Shown here one piece after another: positions 1 through 8,955 of a DNA stretch of 64,000 nt; the first letter of the stretch is position 1; each line of letters begins with the position of its first letter. This stretch comes from Gemmatimonadaceae bacterium (GTDB taxonomy: Bacteria; Gemmatimonadota; Gemmatimonadetes; Gemmatimonadales; Gemmatimonadaceae): the NCBI GenBank assembly GCA_051859245.1, contig JBHYGA010000001.1, positions 1,501,722 to 1,565,721 on the forward strand, in the 5' to 3' direction. The notes under the pieces are model-generated. The model was not told the DNA's origin. It saw nothing but the letters and a program-made list of their open reading frames with translations, and did not search any database. The translations under genes and the position numbers were made by a program.

Positions 1-2
1 TG

Positions 3-554
3 TATGGGTTGACGGTCGAGGCGGGCACGCCACTCGGGAAGTGGACCGCGCGCGGTGCCGTGCATGAAGCACCGGAGGAGGCGTACGAACGCGAGTTTCT
101 GCACGCGCACGCGTCGCTCACGGCGGCCGGCTTCGAGCACTATGAAGTTTCCAACTACGGATTGCCCAATCATCGCGCCAGGCACAACAGCGCCTACTGG
201 CAGGGTGTGCCGTATCTCGGTCTGGGCCCGTCGGCGCACGGATTCGACGGATCGTCTCGTCGATGGAATACCGAGGCGTATGCGCTGTGGGAGCAACAGC
301 TTGCGCGTCGCGTCGATCCCGTGGGCGGCCTGGAAAAGTTATCCGCGGAGAACCGGGTGGCAGAATCCGTGTATCTGGGATTGCGCACGTCCGAAGGGCT
401 GCGGCTACACGATGCGGAACGGGAGTTGGTGCGTCCCTGGGAGGAGGCCGGGTGGGTGTTTTACGCGCCATCCGGACGCCTTCGGTGCACGGCGCTGGGC
501 TGGTTGCGCCTTGACTCGCTCGCCAGCGCGTTGACAGCACACCGAAGTCCTTAG
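3..554 (+). CDS. hemW: Radical SAM heme chaperone HemW (HemN-like), 5'-partial
   Basis: HYEVSNY...HNSAYW...YLGLGPSAH motifs and HemN C-terminal region (YLGLRTSEG); classic position before hrcA; frame is open to the window edge. Confidence 0.9.
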   Translation, partial: YGLTVEAGTPLGKWTARGAVHEAPEEAYEREFLHAHASLTAAGFEHYEVSNYGLPNHRARHNSAYWQGVPYLGLGPSAHGFDGSSRRWNTEAYALWEQQLARRVDPVGGLEKLSAENRVAESVYLGLRTSEGLRLHDAERELVRPWEEAGWVFYAPSGRLRCTALGWLRLDSLASALTAHRSP

Positions 555-560
555 TACACT
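531..560 (+). promoter_or_regulatory. Sigma70-type promoter for hrcA-dnaJ (TTGACA-18-TACACT), probably leaderless, overlapping a degenerate CIRCE-like element
   Basis: TTGACA 531-536 and TACACT 555-560; ATG at 568 is 7 nt downstream with no clear SD. acAGCACaC-N9-tAGTaCact (534-560) has CIRCE spacing but several mismatches. Confidence 0.6.
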
Positions 561-567
561 TAGGGTT

Positions 568-1608
568 ATGGCATTTTCAGATCTCAGCGAGCGGGAGCGG
601 CATGTGCTCGAGGCCGTGATTCAGGCGTACGTGGCCACAGCCGAGCCCGCTGGATCACGTGTGTTATCGCGTCGCTTTGCGCTGGGCGTATCACCGGCCA
701 CGATTCGCAATACGATGAGCGATCTGGAAGAGAAAGGGTTTCTCTACCATCCGCACACGTCGGCGGGTCGCATTCCCACGGACAAGGCGTATCGCGTGTA
801 CGTGGATTCCCTCATGCGTGTGGAATCCATTTCGGCATCGGAGCGTGATCAACTGGCGGCGCAAATCGCAGCCGGCGGTTCCGCGATCGAAGCGATTTTG
901 CGGTGTGCGGCGCAATCGCTTGGCGTGCTCACGCAGGAGCTGGGTGTGGCCATGGGCCCGCGTTTTGATCGGGCCATTCTGCAGCGCATTGAGCTGGTGC
1001 GTGTGTCGTCCGAGCGCATTCTCATGGTGCTCACACTCGGCGGTGGATCGGTGCGCACGATCTTCGTCGAAGTGCCTGGAACGATCGCCGATGAAGCACT
1101 GGTGGAAGTGACCATCGTGCTGAACGAACGGCTGTCGGGTCTCACGCTCGACGAAGTGCGTTCGTCGCTGAGTAGTCGCTTGCGCGATGTGCCGGGCTCG
1201 CTGAACGCCACGGCACTGCTCAATATTTTCGTGCAGGAAGGCGAGCAGGTCTTTGCCCGTGCTGCGGAGCCCACGGAGAATGTGGTGCTCGGTCAGGCCT
1301 CGTTGCTGGCCGAACAACCGGAGTTTGCAACGGGTGAGCGCATGCGGCAGTTAATCGAACTGACGGAACGGCGCCACGAGTTGGCCACGTTGTTGCAAGC
1401 GCGCGCGGGGTCGTCGGGGCTCAACATCACGATTGGTAACGAGCATGGCGCGCCGGGTATGGACGCGTTCACGGTGGTGACGGCGGAGTATCAGGCCGGC
1501 TCCCTGTCGGGTGTGATTGGTGTGATCGGGCCAACACGCATGCCGTATCACAAGGTGGTGGCATTGGTCTCACACACGTCGCAGCTCGTTTCCGACTTGC
1601 TTAGTTAA
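568..1608 (+). CDS. hrcA: Heat-inducible transcription repressor HrcA
   Basis: [32 protein letters not shown] and [10 protein letters not shown] motifs. Confidence 0.97.
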   Translation: MAFSDLSERERHVLEAVIQAYVATAEPAGSRVLSRRFALGVSPATIRNTMSDLEEKGFLYHPHTSAGRIPTDKAYRVYVDSLMRVESISASERDQLAAQIAAGGSAIEAILRCAAQSLGVLTQELGVAMGPRFDRAILQRIELVRVSSERILMVLTLGGGSVRTIFVEVPGTIADEALVEVTIVLNERLSGLTLDEVRSSLSSRLRDVPGSLNATALLNIFVQEGEQVFARAAEPTENVVLGQASLLAEQPEFATGERMRQLIELTERRHELATLLQARAGSSGLNITIGNEHGAPGMDAFTVVTAEYQAGSLSGVIGVIGPTRMPYHKVVALVSHTSQLVSDLLS

Positions 1609-1625
1609 GACTTTCCAGACAACAC

Positions 1626-2756
1626 ATGGCTGATTTTTATACGACGTTGGGCGTCGCGCGCGATGCGTCCGATGAGGACATCAAGAAATCGTATCGCAAG
1701 CTGGCGATGCAGTGGCATCCCGACAAAAACGGCGGCTCGAAAGACGCCGAAGAAAAGTTCAAGTCCATTACCGAAGCGTACGACGTGCTGCGTGATCCGC
1801 AAAAGCGCGCGGCGTACGATCGCTACGGTGAAGCGGGGCTGCGTGGTGGTGGTGGCGGCGGTTTCGAACACGTGGATCTGTCCGAAGCGCTCAACATCTT
1901 CATGCGCGACTTTGGTGGATTCGGCGATATGTTCGGTGCCGGCGGTGGTCGTCGCGGCGGTGGACCGCGCGCGGGAACCGACCTCAAACTGCCGTTGTCG
2001 CTCACGCTGGAAGAAGTGGCCACGGGCGTCGAAAAAACCGTGCTGGTCAAGGTGCTCGATCCGTGCGACAAGTGCGAAGGCAGTGGCGCGGAGCCGGGAT
2101 CAAAACCCACGACCTGCAGCACGTGCGCCGGCGCGGGTGAAGTACGTCGCGCGCAGCGTTCCTTCTTTGGGCAGTTCGTCAGTGTGGCGCCATGTCCAAC
2201 GTGCGCGGGCGAAGGTGTAGTCGTTGCCAGCCCGTGTCGCGGTTGTCGCGGCGAGGGTCGCGTGCGTGGTGAAAAGACGGTGCGCATTCAAGTCCCCGCC
2301 GGTGTGGCCACGGGGCAGTACATGACGCTCCGCGGCGCCGGCAACGTGGGCCCGCGCAGTGGTCCGCGCGGTGATATTCTCGTGGTCTTCGACGTAAAAG
2401 AAGACGATCGCTTTGAGCGTGACGGTGAAGATCTGTTCTGCGAGGCGTTGGTCACGTATCCGCAGCTGGTGTTCGGTGCCGACATCACGGTGCCGGGCGT
2501 CACGAGCGAAATTTCATTGCGTGTACCGGAAGGAACGCAAAGCGGGACCGTGTTTCATTTGCGTGGACGCGGGTTGCCGCGTGTGAATGCCACCGGAACC
2601 GGCGACCTGCACGTGCGCGTGCAGTTGTGGACGCCGCAGGAGCCGTCGGATGAAGAGACGGCGCTGCTCAAGCAGCTTGCCGCAATGCAAGGCACCACGC
2701 CGCCGCAGCGCGAGAAAAGCATTTGGTCCAAGATGAAGGAAGCGTTAGGTGCCTGA
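1626..2756 (+). CDS. dnaJ: Chaperone DnaJ
   Basis: J-domain with HPD, G/F-rich region, four CxxCxGxG repeats, C-terminal domain. Confidence 0.98.
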   Translation: MADFYTTLGVARDASDEDIKKSYRKLAMQWHPDKNGGSKDAEEKFKSITEAYDVLRDPQKRAAYDRYGEAGLRGGGGGGFEHVDLSEALNIFMRDFGGFGDMFGAGGGRRGGGPRAGTDLKLPLSLTLEEVATGVEKTVLVKVLDPCDKCEGSGAEPGSKPTTCSTCAGAGEVRRAQRSFFGQFVSVAPCPTCAGEGVVVASPCRGCRGEGRVRGEKTVRIQVPAGVATGQYMTLRGAGNVGPRSGPRGDILVVFDVKEDDRFERDGEDLFCEALVTYPQLVFGADITVPGVTSEISLRVPEGTQSGTVFHLRGRGLPRVNATGTGDLHVRVQLWTPQEPSDEETALLKQLAAMQGTTPPQREKSIWSKMKEALGA

Positions 2757-3585
2757 CGCTCCGTGGATTGCAGTGCGCGTGCGCCCGAGCAGTCAGGCGG
2801 TGCGCAGCGCGCTCATGCAGGCATTCTTTGATGCTGGTGCGCAAGGCGTGCATGAAGACGGCGAACAGCTGGTCACGCACTTTCCTCCCGACACCGATCT
2901 GGCGCACGTTCAACGCGTGCTGAACGCCGCCGACACGGGTGTGCAGATTGACGTGGCCGAAGTGCCACCGATTGACTGGACGGAGTCGTGGAAGACCAGC
3001 ATTGATGCGCATCAGGTGGGGTCGCTCGTGGTGACGCCACCGTGGCTGGCCGATCAATACGATGCGGCAAGTACTATCGTGATCGATCCCGGTATGGCGT
3101 TTGGTACGGGTGAACACGCGACAACACGCGGTGTGATGCGGTTGCTCGGCGCTGTGCTGCAGCGTGGCGACACCGTGGCCGATCTTGGTGCTGGCAGTGC
3201 AGTACTCTCGATTGCGGCGGCCAAGCTTGGTGCCTCGCGCGTGTACGCGATTGAGCTGGACGAGGAAGCAATTCCGAATGCGCACGAGAATGTGCAGCGC
3301 AACAACGTGGCCGACATTGTGCACATTTTTCAGGGCGGCGCAGAAGCGCTGCTTCCACTGGTCGCTCCCGTTCGCATTGTGCTCGCCAACATTATCTCGT
3401 CGGTGCTGCAAGAGTTGTTGCCCATAATCGACGCGTCCATTGAGCGCGGTGGTGCGGCGGTGCTGAGTGGCATTCTGCAGGAAGAACGCGCGCACATGGT
3501 GGAGGTGCTCACGGCGGCTGGCTGGCGCATCACAGCAGAAGACGCGGAGGACATCTGGTGGAGCGTCGCGATAGCGCGGGCCTAG
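2749..3585 (+). CDS. prmA: Ribosomal protein L11 methyltransferase
   Basis: [27 protein letters not shown] and LSGIL motifs; follows dnaJ. Confidence 0.95.
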   Translation: MPDAPWIAVRVRPSSQAVRSALMQAFFDAGAQGVHEDGEQLVTHFPPDTDLAHVQRVLNAADTGVQIDVAEVPPIDWTESWKTSIDAHQVGSLVVTPPWLADQYDAASTIVIDPGMAFGTGEHATTRGVMRLLGAVLQRGDTVADLGAGSAVLSIAAAKLGASRVYAIELDEEAIPNAHENVQRNNVADIVHIFQGGAEALLPLVAPVRIVLANIISSVLQELLPIIDASIERGGAAVLSGILQEERAHMVEVLTAAGWRITAEDAEDIWWSVAIARA

Positions 3586-4280
3586 CCGTCTTCTTTACTT
3601 CCGAGCCACTCGTTTCAGGTGCAACGTGTGCGCTTGGCGAAGACGAAGCGCGTCACATGAAAGTGCGACGCATTGATGTCGGTACGATCGTTGGCCTCTG
3701 CGATGGTGAGGGGGCTGTTGCCGAGGGGCGGCTGGTGCGACTCGCCAAGCAGGGCGCGCAGGTCGAAGTCACGCACGTTCGGCACGTGATGCCTCCGCGT
3801 GCGGTGCATTTGCTGGTCCCTGTGGCCGATCGCGACCGCTTGTTGTGGCTTGCGGAGAAGGCCGCCGAGTTGGCGTGCACCAGCTGGCGTCCGGTGCTGT
3901 GGCGTCGTTCACGCAGCGTGTCGCCGCGTGGTGAAGGCGTCACCTTTCAGGCCAAGGTTCGCGCGCGCATGCAAGGCGCACTGGCGCAGTCGCACGGCGC
4001 GTGGTTACCGCAGCTGTTTCCCGAAGCGCCGATTGAGCGCGCCATTCAGGCAGCGCCTGAAGGCGTTCGCGTTGTCTTGAATGCTGGCGGCGCACCACTG
4101 GCACGCACGCCCATTCCGACGGGCGACGTGATCATCGCGGTCGGACCCGAGGGTGGATTCGAGTCCGACGAGATTGAGGCGCTGCACGCTGCCGGGTTTG
4201 TATCCGCAGGTCTCGGTGATACGATCCTGCGTTTCGAAACCGCGGCTGTCGTCGCGCTAGGCGTTGTACGCGCGGGATAG
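3558..4280 (+). CDS. rsmE: 16S rRNA m3U1498 methyltransferase
   Basis: EKAAEL, VGPEGGF and LGDTILRFETA SPOUT motifs. Confidence 0.95.
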   Translation: MERRDSAGLAVFFTSEPLVSGATCALGEDEARHMKVRRIDVGTIVGLCDGEGAVAEGRLVRLAKQGAQVEVTHVRHVMPPRAVHLLVPVADRDRLLWLAEKAAELACTSWRPVLWRRSRSVSPRGEGVTFQAKVRARMQGALAQSHGAWLPQLFPEAPIERAIQAAPEGVRVVLNAGGAPLARTPIPTGDVIIAVGPEGGFESDEIEALHAAGFVSAGLGDTILRFETAAVVALGVVRAG

Positions 4281-4350
4281 CACACACCGGTTTGCGCGTT
4301 GTGAACCGGCTGCGAGGTGCAATCGTCCGCCAGTGCTGGTCGTGGGACCG

Positions 4351-5859
4351 TTACGGAAGGAGAAAGATGACGGTGAGCAATCCGGAGAGCGTCATCGTCA
4401 CGGTATACGGAAGCGCCATCATCACCATCCGTCCGTACGAAAGCCGGATCAGCGGCGCGAGCGTTGACGTGAGAAGAAAGAGAAAGGCCGCCTGGCCGTT
4501 GGGCGTTGCGACGCTCGCCAAGTTCGTGCCTGCATTTACGGCAATCGCCAATCGGTCAAACTGTGCGCGCGTGATTTCGCCGGCCTCAAGCGCTCCGTGC
4601 ACCTCAGTAATGTAGACCGTTGCGACGAACACGTTGTCGCTGATTGCTGAGAGCGCACCGTTGGCCAGATAGAGCGCGCCCGTTTGCGTCGTTCCCTCCA
4701 GCGCGAGCACCGATTGCACGACCGGCTCAAAAAGGTGCTGATCGTGTATCACGGCGACGATGGCGAAGAACACAACCAGCAATGATGTGAAGGGCAGTGC
4801 TTCGGTGAATGCTTTGCCAAGCCGGTGTTCTTCCGTGACGCCATTGAGCGCGGTCGCAAGCACGATCACCGTGAGGCCGAGCAGACCCACCTCTGCCAGG
4901 TGAAACGCCAAACTGAAGACGAGAGCAAGCGCGATGAGTCCTTGCACCCAGAGCATCACGGCTTCATTCCCGGAACGCGTTTCTTCCGTGTGCCGCTCAT
5001 ACTCTTCGAGAATGGCACGCACCTTGTCGGGCAGCGGATCGCCGAACGAGAACACGCGAAAGTGTTCCACCGAAACACACGTGATCAATCCAACGATGAG
5101 CGTCGGAATCGAGACCGGCATCATGTGGACGAAGAACTCCTGAAAATCCCAGCCAGCAACTTTTGCAATCAGGAGGTTCTGCGGCTCACCGACCATGGTG
5201 GAAACCCCGCCGAGCGCCGTCCCGACCGCGGCGTGCATCATCAGGCTGCGCAAAAACCCACGAAACACATCGAGATCCGAACGGTCGAGCTCACCAATGT
5301 CTTCATCACCGGTGACGTCATGGTCTTGATGGTACTGCTTTCCCGACGACACTTTGTGGTAAATCAGATAGAACCCATGCGCGACCGTGATCACAACCGC
5401 CGTGACGGTGAGCGCATCAAGAAAAGCAGAAAGGAACGCGGCCAGCGCGCAGAAGAGCAGTGAAAGCGCTGCCTTATTTCTCACGCGCAGCAGCAACTTG
5501 GTGAATGAGAAAAGCAGCAGTTCCTTGAGGAAGTAGATGCCGGCAACCATGAACATCAGCAGCAGGATCACCGGAAAGTTCTGGACGACCTCCTCGTAGA
5601 CGGTTTCGCTTGTTGTCAGCCCCATCACGACCGCTTCGACCGCGAGCAGCCCGCCTGGCTGCAGTGGGTAACACTTGAGCGCCATCGCCAGGCAGAAAAT
5701 GAACTCAAGAATCAGCACCCAACCGGTGATGAACGGGCCGGCAGTGACGAGCAGCAGCGGATTGACAATCAGAAAGCCGACAATGGTGAGCTTGAACCAG
5801 TCGGGCGAATTGCCAAGAAAATTATCGGCGAGCGAAGCGGCGAGCGTCGGCCTGGGCAT
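4351..5859 (-). CDS. nhaB: Na+/H+ antiporter NhaB
   Basis: [41 protein letters not shown] and [21 protein letters not shown] match NhaB; highly hydrophobic. Confidence 0.93.
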   Translation of the reverse strand: MPRPTLAASLADNFLGNSPDWFKLTIVGFLIVNPLLLVTAGPFITGWVLILEFIFCLAMALKCYPLQPGGLLAVEAVVMGLTTSETVYEEVVQNFPVILLLMFMVAGIYFLKELLLFSFTKLLLRVRNKAALSLLFCALAAFLSAFLDALTVTAVVITVAHGFYLIYHKVSSGKQYHQDHDVTGDEDIGELDRSDLDVFRGFLRSLMMHAAVGTALGGVSTMVGEPQNLLIAKVAGWDFQEFFVHMMPVSIPTLIVGLITCVSVEHFRVFSFGDPLPDKVRAILEEYERHTEETRSGNEAVMLWVQGLIALALVFSLAFHLAEVGLLGLTVIVLATALNGVTEEHRLGKAFTEALPFTSLLVVFFAIVAVIHDQHLFEPVVQSVLALEGTTQTGALYLANGALSAISDNVFVATVYITEVHGALEAGEITRAQFDRLAIAVNAGTNLASVATPNGQAAFLFLLTSTLAPLIRLSYGRMVMMALPYTVTMTLSGLLTVIFLLP

Positions 5860-5992
5860 TCAGGAGAGTCCGCGCTTCGAGAAACGATCCGGCGTGTGCA
5901 TGCGGTCGGGTCAGAAGGGGAGGGGGCGGCGCAGCATCGAAAGGACGGTCTGTCTGGGGAGGCGTGTCAACAAGGCTAACTGGTGGCACGGC

Positions 5993-7033
5993 TCACCGTG
6001 AGGGGGAGCGACGCGAAGGCAAGAGCACACCAAAACCGATGCCACCGGTGCGATGCGCGGAGCCGCCGCGAAAGCTCGCCGTGGTGTAGATGTGCGACAG
6101 CTCCACATACCGGGTGGATGACTGATACACGAAGCCGAGTTGCTGGCGGTACACCGTGCGCGACAGATCGCCGGTGGCGATAGTGTACGGATTGGCCCGA
6201 TTGAACAGTCCGCCTTGCAGCGTGGCATCGTAACCGACCAGTTGCAGTTGCGGCTTCGCGTACACAAAGAACGAGCGCGGCGTTCGCGCCACGCCCACGT
6301 CGCGCAACGTTGGCACGGGCGCGGCGACTGGCAGTCGTCCGAAGCGAAGCGTCGCGCCAACCGTTGCGGCCGTGTGGAAGGTGCCAACACGTGCAGCCGC
6401 CGTGCCTGACACATCGGCGTTCGTGCGGCTCCGAGTGAGCTGTTGCTCTGTTGCCACGTCGTAGTTGAGGATCAGATCATTCTGAATCTGATGCGTCCAG
6501 CCCATCGGGATGGTGTTGCCCGTCTTGCGATGCAGATACGTCTGTATCTCGCGTCCTCCCGCTGCCGGACCGATCACACCAAGCGTGAGTGAAGACGTGG
6601 TGATGCGGCGTGATGCCGTGTCGTTGGCGATGGCAAACGCGCGAAGTTGTTTGGTCCCCGCGTACGGACGGTCACCCACTGGTATCGTGGACTGCTTCAG
6701 ATCGCTCGACGTGTAACCGTTGTCTTCAAACGCGACACCAAAACGGGTGCGTGCACCGTCCGGCGCGTAGAGCAGCTTTCGGAGTGCGCGGATGTCGAGC
6801 CGCGGGTGCACGACCTCAAGAAGGATCCCTTGCGTGTAGAATCGATCAGTGGCCGTGAAGAAGTCGTTCTCGTACGTGAGTCGCCAGTACGATTCCGACG
6901 GCACCACGCGTTCGATGCCGGTGCTGTGAATTGCCTGTGCACGAGAAATCGAAGGCCACGCACCGACAACGGCGGCGAGTAGCGCGACGCGACACACGCG
7001 CGAGCGGATGGAACTGCAGAGTGAAGTATGCAC
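5993..7033 (-). CDS. Lipid A deacylase LpxR-family (DUF2219) outer-membrane protein
   Basis: Signal peptide; YENDFF..TDRFYTQG, DRPYAG, GVIGPAAGG..IQ and GW..QI.N motifs. Confidence 0.75.
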   Translation of the reverse strand: MHTSLCSSIRSRVCRVALLAAVVGAWPSISRAQAIHSTGIERVVPSESYWRLTYENDFFTATDRFYTQGILLEVVHPRLDIRALRKLLYAPDGARTRFGVAFEDNGYTSSDLKQSTIPVGDRPYAGTKQLRAFAIANDTASRRITTSSLTLGVIGPAAGGREIQTYLHRKTGNTIPMGWTHQIQNDLILNYDVATEQQLTRSRTNADVSGTAAARVGTFHTAATVGATLRFGRLPVAAPVPTLRDVGVARTPRSFFVYAKPQLQLVGYDATLQGGLFNRANPYTIATGDLSRTVYRQQLGFVYQSSTRYVELSHIYTTASFRGGSAHRTGGIGFGVLLPSRRSPSR

Positions 7034-7128
7034 GCTGGGCGTACGACGTCAGCACCTGCATCGGATCACCCGTTGAACCGGTGTGAGCGTCTTGTGTGCA
7101 CCCGTCGCGTGGTGAAGTTGCACCGTGC

Positions 7129-7683
7129 CTATCGCGGCGTACCCGTGGTGCCCGCTGCCGGTCCCGACGGATGCACGCGACACGCCGGCGGCTGCTCCAC
7201 GCTGTACGTCAGATTCGCAATCCGCCAATCGTTGTTGACCTGCACGAGGGTGAACACGTCCACGCCACAGTGCGACCATGTGTTGTTGACATACAGATCG
7301 TACGGCAGCCACACCACCGCGATCGTTCCGGCCATGCGAATGTCGGCGTTGAAGCCGCGTTCAATAATCGGTGGCCGCTGTCCGAGTGCGCGTTGCGACG
7401 CCGCAGTGCGCATGCGGAAACCCGGAGCGCCGTCGCGCGTACTCGCCGCGTACACCTGCGCTTCGGGCGTCATAAGGTCGCTCAACCTGGGCATTTCGCC
7501 AGACTGGATAAACGTCATGGCGGAGTCCACCACGGCCATCACTGCACGTTCAGCCGGCGTGCGCGGGCTCGTTTGCGCTGGCACTGGCGACCCGGCTTGA
7601 GCGTGTAGCGGAGTCGCGTGCACCGCCTGCGCGCATGCGAAAAGGACCAGAACAGGTGTGATCCGGCGGAATGCGATGGACAT
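7129..7683 (-). CDS. Secreted NTF2/SnoaL-like fold protein
   Basis: Start taken at ATG 7683 (MSIAFRR, signal peptide); IAVVWLPY.....SHCGVDVFTLV....WRI is typical of this family. Confidence 0.7.
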   Translation of the reverse strand: MSIAFRRITPVLVLFACAQAVHATPLHAQAGSPVPAQTSPRTPAERAVMAVVDSAMTFIQSGEMPRLSDLMTPEAQVYAASTRDGAPGFRMRTAASQRALGQRPPIIERGFNADIRMAGTIAVVWLPYDLYVNNTWSHCGVDVFTLVQVNNDWRIANLTYSVEQPPACRVHPSGPAAGTTGTPR

Positions 7684-7769
7684 GAGCTGGAGGGGCAGGT
7701 TGGTGGGCCACGTGCGAGCAGCGCGATAGCTTGAGGATAGCATCACCGTTCCACTCCGCCTACCGTTCC

Positions 7770-8126
7770 ATGACCAACTCCACCTGTATCTTCTGCCGTA
7801 TCGTGGCCGGAGAGATTCCGTCAACGATCGTGGCCCAGTCTGAGCACGGCATCGCGTTTCGCGACCTGTCTCCGCAGGCGCCGGTCCACGTGCTCGTGAT
7901 CCCACGCCGCCACCTGGATTCACTGGCCGAGGCCACGGCCACGGGAACGAGCGCCGCCGAACTCGGGGATCTGCTCCAGCTCGCGGGGGAGGTCGCTCGA
8001 GTCTCCGGCGTCGCGGAGACCGGCTATCGCGTGGTGGCCAACACGGGTCGTGAAGGCGGGCAAACGGTGGGGCATTTGCACTTTCACGTGCTCGGGGGCC
8101 GCCAAATGGTCTGGCCGCCGGGGTAA
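7770..8126 (+). CDS. Histidine triad (HIT) nucleotide-binding protein
   Basis: CIFCRI N-terminus, GQTVGHLHFHVLGGR and WPPG C-terminus. Confidence 0.95.
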   Translation: MTNSTCIFCRIVAGEIPSTIVAQSEHGIAFRDLSPQAPVHVLVIPRRHLDSLAEATATGTSAAELGDLLQLAGEVARVSGVAETGYRVVANTGREGGQTVGHLHFHVLGGRQMVWPPG

Positions 8127-8162
8127 GTGCGAAAAAGGGCCGGATTTCGCGTCTGTAGCGCC

Positions 8163-8191
8163 TTGACCCGGGTCTTTGGGCGTGGTAAGCT
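8163..8191 (+). promoter_or_regulatory. Sigma70-type promoter upstream of rpsU
   Basis: TTGACC (8163-8168), 17 bp spacer, TAAGCT (8186-8191) preceded by TGn. Confidence 0.65.
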
Positions 8192-8259
8192 ACACGGCTG
8201 TCGGTACATCACTTACGCGGCGAGTTTCGTCGCTCAACGGCCCCACGGGAGAGTTTGGT

Positions 8260-8445
8260 TTGTCGGAGATTATCATCCACGAGGACGAGAACTTCGAACG
8301 CGCCCTCAAGCGGTTCAAGAAGAAAGTCGAAAAGGCCGGTATCCTGTCCGACCTGCGCAAGCATCGGCACTATGAAAAGCCGAGCGAGCGTCGTAAGCGC
8401 AAGCTGAACGCTGCGATTCGCAAGAACCGTCGCACGCGCGTCTGA
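8260..8445 (+). CDS. rpsU: 30S ribosomal protein S21
   Basis: [12 protein letters not shown]...[13 protein letters not shown] start at 8260 after GGGAG. Confidence 0.95.
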   Translation: MSEIIIHEDENFERALKRFKKKVEKAGILSDLRKHRHYEKPSERRKRKLNAAIRKNRRTRV

Positions 8446-8456
8446 GCGCGGCCGCT

Positions 8457-8906
8457 GTGGCCGAGCTCGCCCCGTTGTTTGCGCGCATCCAGGACGACCT
8501 CACGGCCGCCCGCCGTGCGCAGAACAAAGACACGTTGCTCTTGCTCGGTACCGTCCTCGCTGATCTTCGGAATCGCGAGCTCGAGCAGGCCGATCCGCTC
8601 ACCAACGATCAGGTGATCGAGGTCATACGCAAGGGCATCAAGCGGCGGCGTGAGTCGCAGGCCATGTACGAAACGGGCGCGCGTCCTGAACTCGCCGCCC
8701 GGGAAGCTGCCGAGGCCGCGAGCCTCGAGGCGTACCTCCCTCCGGCCGTCTCAACTGACGAGCTGCGAGCCGCTGTTCGGGCGGCAATCGCTGGCGGCGC
8801 TGCCAACATGGGTGCCGTAATGGGGCGCGTTGTGCCACAGTTCAAAGGCCGCGCCGATGGCAGCCAGATCAGCGCGATCGTCAAGGAAGAACTGGCGTCC
8901 AAGTAG
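8457..8906 (+). CDS. GatB/YqeY domain protein
   Basis: IKRRRES..MY..G.R.ELA..E..E...L..YLP and MGAVMG...GRADG; follows rpsU. Confidence 0.92.
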   Translation: MAELAPLFARIQDDLTAARRAQNKDTLLLLGTVLADLRNRELEQADPLTNDQVIEVIRKGIKRRRESQAMYETGARPELAAREAAEAASLEAYLPPAVSTDELRAAVRAAIAGGAANMGAVMGRVVPQFKGRADGSQISAIVKEELASK

Positions 8907-8955
8907 GTCCGAGCTGTAGTAGGTACGCACCATTCAGGGCAGGACTGCCGCGCCG

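Noticed and set aside
4287..4309. Hairpin between convergent rsmE and nhaB
   Set aside because: G-U-rich stem with no U tract on either strand; too weak to call a terminator.
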